Virus record (IMG/VR): IMGVR_UViG_3300037634_002636
Coordinates: 29,081-93,080 of that record
Strand: one strand, 5' to 3'
DNA: 64,000 nucleotides
Origin: a virus
Taxonomy: Duplodnaviria; Caudoviricetes
Position numbers and translations under genes: made by a program. Of the stretch, positions 56,640 through 64,000 are shown piece by piece. A model generated the notes under the pieces. That model did no database searches. It saw nothing but the letters and a program-made list of their open reading frames with translations, and was not told the DNA's origin. Each line of letters begins with the position of its first letter. The stretch's first letter is position 1.

Positions 56640-57770
56640 TTATAGATTAGTTTGTAAATAGCCTTCATATCCTCGTTTTTTATTCCATATATGCGCTTGT
56701 CCAGTACGCTTAGCTTCATACCCCATCATCTTATGCCATGCATCATTACCACAAATTGATGGAATAAATCTTACTTTTATACCACGGTATTCATTTACCA
56801 TTTCTTTATGCATATGTCCACAATGAACTTCTCTATGTGTTGTTCTCGCAAACATCATAGGTTCTTCTGTCGCCATAATAAGCGGCATATTAGCTGGTTT
56901 TTCTTTATCTCCATGTGTAAACATAATCATATTTGTTCCATATTCATAATATTTTCTAGAGTTATAATTATTATCAACTGTAACTCCTTCATGCTCTAAA
57001 AAGAAAGCTCTTAGAAACTCTCCTGAATAAAACATTCTTTCGTAGTCATGATTACCTTGTATGACAATCACATCTACTGGTGCTATACCTGATAAGAAAT
57101 TTATTGCTCGTACCATTAAGTTACAATAACCAACAAATGTCTCTTGCCATTCTGCACCATCATGTTGAGGGGTTCCTTTGGTAGTAGCTCTAGAGTATCC
57201 CTCAGAGTTCATACCATCATTACCTATTGGTAAAAGTATTCTTTCTATATTTAATCCTGCAGCTTTATTCATAAGATCTTTAATCGTATTCATATAAGCC
57301 TCTTCTGCTTGATCTAATGTTTGTCCATCTATTTTACCATAATGAATATCTGGTAAGGAGACTTCATACACTATAGGATCTTCTACAGCTTCATACTTCT
57401 TCTCAACTTTAGGACTATATTTTTCAAGATTTGAAATAATTTCTTCTTTCACCTCTTTCATTATATTATCCTCACCTTTTGTAACTACAGAAAATCTATT
57501 ATCTCCTTTAATTGTTTGCCAAAACTTTACAGATTTAACATCATCTTCTGCTATACCGTTACTGTCTAAGAACTTTTTAAACTCATTAATCTCAGATTTA
57601 CTTACATTATCTAAGTCAAAGTCACTTCCTTTTGCTTCAATCCTAGCTTCTTTTAAAGCATTCCTACATGCCTCAACACTACAATCTAGGCGTTCAGAAA
57701 GACGTTCAGCACCTTCTTTAAGGTAGCCAGGCCTGTCTTTCAAAAAGGCCTTGATCTGATCTTTGGTCAT
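56640..57770 (-). CDS. Calcineurin-like metallophosphoesterase with N-terminal helical/HTH region
   Basis: DIHYG, GND, GNHD, THGD, GHMH motifs. Confidence 0.88.
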   Translation of the reverse strand: MTKDQIKAFLKDRPGYLKEGAERLSERLDCSVEACRNALKEARIEAKGSDFDLDNVSKSEINEFKKFLDSNGIAEDDVKSVKFWQTIKGDNRFSVVTKGEDNIMKEVKEEIISNLEKYSPKVEKKYEAVEDPIVYEVSLPDIHYGKIDGQTLDQAEEAYMNTIKDLMNKAAGLNIERILLPIGNDGMNSEGYSRATTKGTPQHDGAEWQETFVGYCNLMVRAINFLSGIAPVDVIVIQGNHDYERMFYSGEFLRAFFLEHEGVTVDNNYNSRKYYEYGTNMIMFTHGDKEKPANMPLIMATEEPMMFARTTHREVHCGHMHKEMVNEYRGIKVRFIPSICGNDAWHKMMGYEAKRTGQAHIWNKKRGYEGYLQTNL

Positions 57771-57785
57771 ATATCTAGTTATTAG

Positions 57786-58181
57786 TTACGACTTCTTAGT
57801 TTTTTCAAGTGAACGACCACCAAAATAAGCGCCTATTACAGTTATTAATACTATCTGCAATAAGTCAGTCCATTTTTCTTCAACTACAAAGTTAATCATA
57901 CCAGCATCAATAAAAATCATTAATACTGTAGATATAACTAAAAAAGCCAAAGTCATTGGCCTTATATTCTTTGATAACCAAGAATCGGAATTCATATCTG
58001 CTTTCCAACGATCAGTTATCGTCTTCTCCATTTCAACTTCATAGTTGGAGATTAATTCTTTTACTTTTAATTCTGCTGCTAATTTTTCTTCTTTAGATGT
58101 ATGAAGATTATCTATAACCCCGCCTACACCCTTAACAAGTTCTGTTGCCCCGCTACTAAATATTTGTGTTAATATACTCAT
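57786..58181 (-). CDS. Holin (GTA 3TM holin-like)
   Basis: RWKADMNSDSWLSKNIRP, two TM helices, YFGGRSLEK. Confidence 0.82.
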   Translation of the reverse strand: MSILTQIFSSGATELVKGVGGVIDNLHTSKEEKLAAELKVKELISNYEVEMEKTITDRWKADMNSDSWLSKNIRPMTLAFLVISTVLMIFIDAGMINFVVEEKWTDLLQIVLITVIGAYFGGRSLEKTKKS

Positions 58182-58190
58182 AATTAATTA

Positions 58191-58667
58191 TTATATATGT
58201 ACTTCATGTTTATATTTAGTCTTACCTTTTCTATCTCTATAAGCAACGGTTAATCTCTTTCTATTTTCCCTATGAGTTACATAACTTACATGTATCCAAT
58301 TAGGATTATCATCATCTCCAAACTCCCATATTAGTTGATCATAGTCTAAATTATCTTTTATATAGTGATACATCTCTGCATTTGTTTTATACCCAAAAGT
58401 ATCATCAATATCCATTGCCTGCCCTTTCATATGTTGAGAAGTCTTAGATCCTCCTATAGATGTATTCACAGGTTCTCCTCTAAAAAAACTGTTAATCTTT
58501 ATAGGACCACCAACCCATTCCCTTAAAGGTTCAAATAAATACTGTGCTATATCATGCATATATTTTAATTGTTCTGCATTAGGAGTATTATCTAATCCCT
58601 TTCGTAAGGCTGTAGCACTATAAATTCCTTCTTTATAACTTATGTGTTTACTAATTTTTTCCATCAT
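58191..58667 (-). CDS. Endolysin, peptidase M15A (Zn D-Ala-D-Ala-type)
   Basis: INSFFR...N..IGGS..SQHMKGQAMDI...DQLIWE...WIHVSY. Confidence 0.9.
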   Translation of the reverse strand: MMEKISKHISYKEGIYSATALRKGLDNTPNAEQLKYMHDIAQYLFEPLREWVGGPIKINSFFRGEPVNTSIGGSKTSQHMKGQAMDIDDTFGYKTNAEMYHYIKDNLDYDQLIWEFGDDDNPNWIHVSYVTHRENRKRLTVAYRDRKGKTKYKHEVHI

Positions 58668-59077
58668 TATTTTTTCTTTTTAAATATTTTAAAAAATGAT
58701 TTTTCTTTTTTACGAACACAAACTGCGCAAACTGAATCTGGTATTATAACTCTTACACTATCAACTATCTCACAAACTTCAATTCTATAATCATAAACAA
58801 CACTATCCCTATTTATTAATCTTAAACTTTTTAAATCATCTATACTATCTTTATATCTATCTCTTAAACGAGCAACATCTGACAACCTTTTGTTTAGCCT
58901 TAATTGAGCATTTCTAGTTGCTTGTTTTTTCTCGTTAAGGTTATCTATAGCCTCATCTGCTAATCTTATTAAACTATCTAAATCATTATTAATAACGACT
59001 TTTGTTTCTACCACAGGCTTCTCTGAGTAGGAGCATGAGAAAAATATAAATAATAATATACACCATGTCTTTTTCAC
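58667..59077 (-). CDS. Lipoprotein, putative o-spanin-like
   Basis: MKKTWCILLFIFFSC lipobox, coiled coil, located in the lysis cassette. Confidence 0.5.
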   Translation of the reverse strand: MKKTWCILLFIFFSCSYSEKPVVETKVVINNDLDSLIRLADEAIDNLNEKKQATRNAQLRLNKRLSDVARLRDRYKDSIDDLKSLRLINRDSVVYDYRIEVCEIVDSVRVIIPDSVCAVCVRKKEKSFFKIFKKKK

Positions 59078-59286
59078 CTTATGTTTTTTAGAGTTTCTAT
59101 AAACTTATCATTTAATTTTTTATAATCATCTCTAAGAGTTATAACTTCCTCTTGTAAAACTTCAATTTGATTTGTAAGTGTTGTTTTATTATCAACATAC
59201 AAGTAGCCTATTGCTATCAGGGATAGTAATAAAACTCCAGATATAGGATTACTTGCAAAATCTTTAAAGTTTATAATTCCTTTCAT
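59074..59286 (-). CDS. Single-TM coiled-coil protein, putative i-spanin-like
   Basis: TM segment ISGVLLLSLIAIGYLYV followed by a coiled coil; overlaps the lipoprotein gene. Start likely ATG 59286. Confidence 0.45.
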   Translation of the reverse strand: MKGIINFKDFASNPISGVLLLSLIAIGYLYVDNKTTLTNQIEVLQEEVITLRDDYKKLNDKFIETLKNIR

Positions 59287-59287
59287 C

Positions 59288-59596
59288 TTACCAAAATAAG
59301 TTTTTAACAATCCAACCGACTATAACAGTATACAAACCCCATAACGCTCTCGTAACATTACTTTTCCATTTTTTCATTTGATGAAAGTCATCTATATCCC
59401 TCATCCACTTACTCATATTTTGATCTCTCTCGTCTAAACGGTCAGTATTTTTATTAACTCTGACTACTAAACCTTCATCTGGGTCAAGTAACTTTAACAT
59501 AAGTTTATCCATTTTTGCATCAAGAGTATCGATTTTATCTTCCATAGAATTCATTCTTTGTTCCATTAATGCTATTTTTTGAGCTAAAGTTGCCAT
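59288..59596 (-). CDS. Coiled-coil protein with C-terminal TM (XhlA-like lysis accessory)
   Basis: N-terminal heptads; C-terminal ALWGLYTVIVGWIVKNLFW. Confidence 0.5.
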   Translation of the reverse strand: MATLAQKIALMEQRMNSMEDKIDTLDAKMDKLMLKLLDPDEGLVVRVNKNTDRLDERDQNMSKWMRDIDDFHQMKKWKSNVTRALWGLYTVIVGWIVKNLFW

Positions 59597-61191
59597 TATT
59601 TTTCTATTGTTAAATATTCTAAATCAGTTATTGCTACGTTTGCATCCACATATAATTTAGAAAATCCTGAGAGTGGTGCGTATATATGCTCACCCGGATC
59701 TAATCTACATATTAAATGGTATCTATCTAAACCTCCAGTAAAATCAGTATCTGTTACTGTTAAAGTTCCTCCAGTCCAGTTTTGAGTTATTGTAGTATTA
59801 CCAGTTGTACCAGCATCAGAATCTGTTTGTCTTATATTAATACTTAAACCATTTTCTGCTGCTGTAGCTTCAAAAGGTCTTGCCTCTCTCCCAGCTTTAT
59901 TATCTACCAACATAAAAGTTTCAATAAGGTTTTGTATAAATACATCAGAAGCTGCATTCATTTCTACTTGATACACTAAATCACTTACTTTTACACCAAC
60001 ATCTATAGCACCTTCAGCTACAATTGTGAATGTATAATCATATCCTGCAGCAGAACTTAATGTAAGAACTCCTGCTCCTCCATCATTAATATCAGTTGTA
60101 TCCGCCTTAGACATAATAACTGATCCTGCTCCTCTAGCAACTGATTCTTTATGATAAATATTTACTATACCAGAATTACTTTTATTAGCAGCATATAAAT
60201 ATACTTTATTATATAAACTATTAAACTCTCCACAAGGTAATATGTCTGGTATTCCAGCTCCTGAGAATGCAGTAGCTGCTGTAGTAGAAGCAGTAGTTAT
60301 AGCTGTTCCTGATAAAGTTAAGGTATTATCATTTACATAAGGACCATCCATATATACAAGTAGAGTGCTAGCTGTAGGAACTTCTCCTACTCTCATATTT
60401 AACTTACCTTCATTAATAGCTTTAGATAATGAATTTCTTAAAGAAATTAAATGAGCTGTAGTTGTAGCTGCATTATTTGATATACCCGCATAAGAAGAAG
60501 TATACGGGTCTCCCCCTGTAGTAAATGAAGTTAAAGTTATTTGTCCTCCACCCGATGTACCAGTTATACTAGTATTTCCTCCATTTCCTACTACATCTTG
60601 TGTTAAATTAATTAATTCAACATTTGTCGCAGACGCTACTGCAATAATACTTAAATCTCCTGCTGTTCTTATAGCAGTTAAATCTGTTACTATTTTATCT
60701 CTAATTGCTGTAGGAGTTGCTAATCCACTTAATCCTAGTGCATATGCAATAGCTGTAGAGGTTGCCCCAGCCTGTCTTACAAGAGTTGTAGTTGTATGAT
60801 TAAAGGTAATAGTTACTGTTCTAGCGCCTCCAGAGTGATTATCAACTAAGATTAGAGTTAATCCATTATAAGCTGCTACTGTTCCTCCATTAACATTAAG
60901 AGTACCTGTTGCTTTATTACCACTAGATTCATTAGAATACTCATCACTAAATGTAATGGTATGTGAATTCTGTTGATTATCTGTGAATATTATCGTTTTA
61001 TTATCCATACCAGCAAGTGCTGTTGCTGTTTGTGTGATAGTAGTATACGCATTTACTCCAACAGGAACGCGTTCAACACTAAAAGCTCTATCATCTCCAG
61101 TAGTTAATGTAGTATTAGAAGTAGATACATCTAATTTAGTGCTAAAAAAATCGCTACTATCAATCTTAATTGTACTTTTAAGTGTCGCCAT
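59596..61191 (-). CDS. Tail hub/fibre-associated structural protein with inserted T/G-rich modules
   Basis: Thr/Gly/Ala-rich beta modules ending FTTGG, FSGAG, FTGG; C-terminus paralogous to the ORF at 63820-64000. Confidence 0.6.
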   Translation of the reverse strand: MATLKSTIKIDSSDFFSTKLDVSTSNTTLTTGDDRAFSVERVPVGVNAYTTITQTATALAGMDNKTIIFTDNQQNSHTITFSDEYSNESSGNKATGTLNVNGGTVAAYNGLTLILVDNHSGGARTVTITFNHTTTTLVRQAGATSTAIAYALGLSGLATPTAIRDKIVTDLTAIRTAGDLSIIAVASATNVELINLTQDVVGNGGNTSITGTSGGGQITLTSFTTGGDPYTSSYAGISNNAATTTAHLISLRNSLSKAINEGKLNMRVGEVPTASTLLVYMDGPYVNDNTLTLSGTAITTASTTAATAFSGAGIPDILPCGEFNSLYNKVYLYAANKSNSGIVNIYHKESVARGAGSVIMSKADTTDINDGGAGVLTLSSAAGYDYTFTIVAEGAIDVGVKVSDLVYQVEMNAASDVFIQNLIETFMLVDNKAGREARPFEATAAENGLSINIRQTDSDAGTTGNTTITQNWTGGTLTVTDTDFTGGLDRYHLICRLDPGEHIYAPLSGFSKLYVDANVAITDLEYLTIEK

Positions 61192-61246
61192 TTTATTATT
61201 TTTTAATTATTATTGTTAAAATTTGTTATTTGAATATATATTTATT

Positions 61247-62041
61247 TTAGCCATTACCTAATCTATTTAATCCGTTTTTCTTTAATAAATAATCTTCTAT
61301 TTTTTTTCTTATAAAATTATCTTGGTAGTTATTAATAAATATAACATCATACATAGCCCCATCAAACCAATTAGAAGCAGATACATCTAAGTTTTTTACT
61401 CCCAATGATTCTAGATCAAAATTACCAGAGTTAGTAACTTCAGCGTTGTGTGCTAATCCATTTTTATACAGTCTCATTTCATCCTCTGAATTTCTTTCTA
61501 CAACAAATAAATGTTTTTCTCCATTACTAATTTGAAATGTACTACTATGATTCATATTAGAAGTTGTTCCTGTTTTTAATTGGTGTGTATTACCAGATTG
61601 AAACTCTAAAACTTCAGCCCCGCTATCAGATAAATAACATGATGTACCAGTACTACCTAATGAACATACAATAAATGACATGAAAGGTGTACTAGAATCA
61701 ACAGTAAAATTAGTAAGATTCATATGATCTGCATAAGTTGCGTTATCAGAATAATTAAAAAATTCTATACTATTATCAGTATTTAGAACAGGTTTATTCT
61801 CAGCAGTAGTTTGAGCAGCATTATTCCCAGAAACTGATTGATCTGCCCAACCGTGTACTAGATACTCAGTTACAGGATTTCCATCTTCACCTGTATGAGA
61901 CTGATTTAACTTGCTAATACCTTGATTATGTAATAAAGCAAGTTCTACTTTTGTTTTACCTATACTATTTGTCATAGTAGCCTGTACAGGATTTCCAGCA
62001 TGATTAAATCTTCTATGTCTTAATCCTCCTCTCATTACCAA
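61247..62041 (-). CDS. LamG-like beta-sandwich tail fibre/receptor-binding protein
   Basis: WADQS.SGNNAAQ...KP, LYKNG, FDGAMYDVIF, IEDYLLKK. Confidence 0.65.
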   Translation of the reverse strand: MVMRGGLRHRRFNHAGNPVQATMTNSIGKTKVELALLHNQGISKLNQSHTGEDGNPVTEYLVHGWADQSVSGNNAAQTTAENKPVLNTDNSIEFFNYSDNATYADHMNLTNFTVDSSTPFMSFIVCSLGSTGTSCYLSDSGAEVLEFQSGNTHQLKTGTTSNMNHSSTFQISNGEKHLFVVERNSEDEMRLYKNGLAHNAEVTNSGNFDLESLGVKNLDVSASNWFDGAMYDVIFINNYQDNFIRKKIEDYLLKKNGLNRLGNG

Positions 62042-63231
62042 GCAGCTTCTACAGTTAAGTGTTCTTGATATTGTATACTAACTCCTAATAATTCTGCATC
62101 TACTGCATAAGTATCTCCTAAGGCATTAGCATCTCTATAAATTGCAAAATAAATCATATCATCTGCTGCCGGTGAATTACCAACAGTCATAGCTCCTGTA
62201 GCATCTGTTATACTAACAGGTTGATCAGCATCAGCTTCTTCATGTGCTGCATCTGTTACTACAACCGCAGTACCAAAAGCAACATCAATCTTATCATCAT
62301 TACTCCTAGCATTAGATTGTATACCCCATATAACATCCCCTGCCGCACTAGATGAAGCTTTCCAATAGAATTTAATTTTCATTGTTCCCAAATCCCATTG
62401 CTCTGGCATTACCATATTAAAGAATACATATTCATTTGTAGTAGCATCAAATATATATTTATCTTGAGTTAAATAATTACTAGTAGAAGTCCATGAGTCT
62501 GCTCCTGCGGCTGCTCCATTAGTAGAGGCGGTAGACATTGCTCCTGCTCCAACCCATATTGTTCTATAATTTAAAGATGTAAGTTGCCCATTAGCATCAA
62601 CAGCAGCTAAAGAAGTACCATCATCTTTAAATGTAATATCTCCTCCATCAGCGTCTATTATAATATCTGTAGCAGCATCTAAAGTAATACCCCCAGCACT
62701 AGCCGTTATAGCACATGCCGCAGCACCTGTACCGGCAGATGAAACTATAGCTTGTTGTGCAGCTCCTCCTCCTGCAGCATTTAATGTTAAAGATTTCCCA
62801 GATCCTGTTATTGTGTAGTTTGAATCATTAACGGAATCTATAGACATAGAAGATGCAGTGTCTATGGCTATAGCACCTGAAGCATCTATATCTAATGCTC
62901 CGGTATCTATATCAACTATATTGCCAGCAGAAGCATTTGCATCTAAATGAAAGACTGTACCAGCAATATCTGCTGGGGTCATTGTTATTTTACCATCAGC
63001 ACTAAATACCATATCAGAATCTGTTGTACCACTACCTACCGTAGTAAATGTAGCTGTACCTGTAGATGCAGTTGCAAATGAGATATAATTAGTTGCATCA
63101 TAAGATAACCTAAGTTGTTCTGTAGTTCCAAGTATATTTGCTTCTGTAAACCACGCTTTATCCCATCTTTTTACTGTTGTCCCTATTTCACCTTCTGCAT
63201 TAGCTCTAGGTACTATATTTTTTGTTGCCAT
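62035..63231 (-). CDS. Tail fibre protein
   Basis: NIVPRANAEGEIGTTVKRW N-terminus; low-complexity A/G/T/D repeats (ITLDAATDIIIDADGGDITFKDDG); C-terminal beta domain. Confidence 0.7.
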   Translation of the reverse strand: MATKNIVPRANAEGEIGTTVKRWDKAWFTEANILGTTEQLRLSYDATNYISFATASTGTATFTTVGSGTTDSDMVFSADGKITMTPADIAGTVFHLDANASAGNIVDIDTGALDIDASGAIAIDTASSMSIDSVNDSNYTITGSGKSLTLNAAGGGAAQQAIVSSAGTGAAACAITASAGGITLDAATDIIIDADGGDITFKDDGTSLAAVDANGQLTSLNYRTIWVGAGAMSTASTNGAAAGADSWTSTSNYLTQDKYIFDATTNEYVFFNMVMPEQWDLGTMKIKFYWKASSSAAGDVIWGIQSNARSNDDKIDVAFGTAVVVTDAAHEEADADQPVSITDATGAMTVGNSPAADDMIYFAIYRDANALGDTYAVDAELLGVSIQYQEHLTVEAAW

Positions 63232-63252
63232 ATCTTTTTATTTTATATATTA

Positions 63253-63516
63253 TTAAACTGCTTCGGGCATTATATCCCCATTACTATCTATATCCCAACA
63301 CCCACTCATACCAGGAACTACTTCTGGCATTATATCACTGTTACTATCTAAATCCCATGTATCACAGAAATCTGTAATAACATCTTGGGGCATTAACTGT
63401 ACTGTAGGTGCAACATTACACGCTTCAAAGAAACAACATAATGTATAAGCTGCCAACACTGGATAATTCCCCATCCTTACGTGATGAGTACCTAATGCAT
63501 TCTGCAGTATACCCAT
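63253..63516 (-). CDS. Small virion protein with tandem WDxDSNxDIMP repeats
   Basis: TWDLDSNSDIMPEV and CWDIDSNGDIMPEA. Confidence 0.6.
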   Translation of the reverse strand: MGILQNALGTHHVRMGNYPVLAAYTLCCFFEACNVAPTVQLMPQDVITDFCDTWDLDSNSDIMPEVVPGMSGCWDIDSNGDIMPEAV

Positions 63517-63815
63517 TACTTACTATAACATATTACCGCTCCATCAACTAATTGCACTGCACTAAAATCTCCATAATACGGAAGACCTGTTATTAGATCT
63601 AAATCTGTAGATAGTGCACCACCATTTTCTTCCCAATTAATCGTACATCCAGATACGTCTAGTGTTGTATTATCTGCTATTGCTATTATACAATACCAAG
63701 CTCCAGATTGTGCAGCAGTATTATTTATAATATTAGCGCCTTGCATTCCATATGGAGCATTTAATAATTGTTCTACTTTTGTTGATAAATCACTTGGTTT
63801 TTTTACATTTCCCAT
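63516..63815 (-). CDS. Small beta-rich virion protein, paralog of 1832-2119
   Basis: GAWYCIIAIADNTTLDVSGCT...GLPYYGDFSAVQLVDGAVICYSK. Confidence 0.65.
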   Translation of the reverse strand: MGNVKKPSDLSTKVEQLLNAPYGMQGANIINNTAAQSGAWYCIIAIADNTTLDVSGCTINWEENGGALSTDLDLITGLPYYGDFSAVQLVDGAVICYSK

Positions 63816-63819
63816 AATT

Positions 63820-64000
63820 TTATTTTTCTAAGATTAAAAATTCTAAGTCTGGAGTTCCTTCTACTGCATCTGCATATATATATGAATTATTTGCAATTGG
63901 TATATATAAGAACTCTGATGGTTCGAGCATAGCAATTTTATGATATGCAGGACCAGCTATCAGTACATATAAATTTACAATTTCTCCTGCTAATGAAGAT
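63820..64000 (-). CDS. C-terminal fragment of a structural protein (5' end outside the window)
   Basis: Manual translation ...GEIVNLYVLIAGPAYHKIAMLEPSEFLYIPIANNSYIYADAVEGTPDLEFLILEK*. Confidence 0.65.
   Translation of the reverse strand, partial: SSLAGEIVNLYVLIAGPAYHKIAMLEPSEFLYIPIANNSYIYADAVEGTPDLEFLILEK

Noticed and set aside
59596-61191. Contractile tail sheath protein
   Set aside because: FTGG-ending modules resemble sheath insert domains, but no sheath core, tube, baseplate or tape measure genes are present; the context is podovirus-like
28804-63351. Many short + strand ORFs inside the late genes (e.g. 37519-37953, 47420-47887, 51510-51794)
   Set aside because: Antisense shadows of long, motif-bearing minus-strand genes with implausible composition
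59596-63815. Diversity-generating retroelement acting on tail fibres
   Set aside because: No reverse transcriptase and no template/variable repeat pair differing at adenines in this window
1-64000. Stop-codon reassignment (TAG or TGA), as in some crAss-like phages
   Set aside because: Very long ORFs are intact in code 11, and TAG and TGA both end genes at sensible positions (e.g. 4723, 20610, 11272); no suppressor tRNA seen
1-64000. Prophage or integrative element
   Set aside because: No integrase, repressor cassette or flanking bacterial housekeeping genes in the window

Overview
About 64 kb of an AT-rich lytic dsDNA phage genome of the crAss-like (Crassvirales-type) Bacteroidota podoviruses, read in the standard genetic code. 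There are two convergent arms. The + strand arm (2575-22958) carries early and replication genes: small early ORFs separated by structured intergenic elements, a CHAP lipoprotein, family A DNA polymerase, SF2 helicase, DnaB, Sak4-like AAA ATPase, putative SSB, primase, PD-(D/E)XK nuclease, rIIA/rIIB, 5'-3' exonuclease, DUF1599 and a SET-domain protein. The - strand arm (64000-22987) carries tail fibre/hub genes, a lysis cassette, a metallophosphoesterase, tail ring, IHF-like and muzzle proteins, and a set of ejected 'cargo' proteins. The cargo set includes a 4846-aa protein joining an SF1 helicase, a zincin motif and a DFDVD-type virion RNA polymerase, followed by a 1563-aa zincin plus RecB-like nuclease protein. 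A second - strand block (2119-1; LamG, GroES, HTH) starts at a divergent, highly structured non-coding region (2120-2575) and probably continues to the terminase/portal/capsid genes outside the window. TAnnTTTG promoters point to a Bacteroidota host. The most notable signals are (i) a candidate virion-delivered helicase-RNAP/nuclease machine, (ii) a repeated basic-aromatic-xx-GG motif shared by the cargo proteins, and (iii) several repeated motifs and structured RNAs in the early region. All assignments come from motif reading by eye; no database searches were run.
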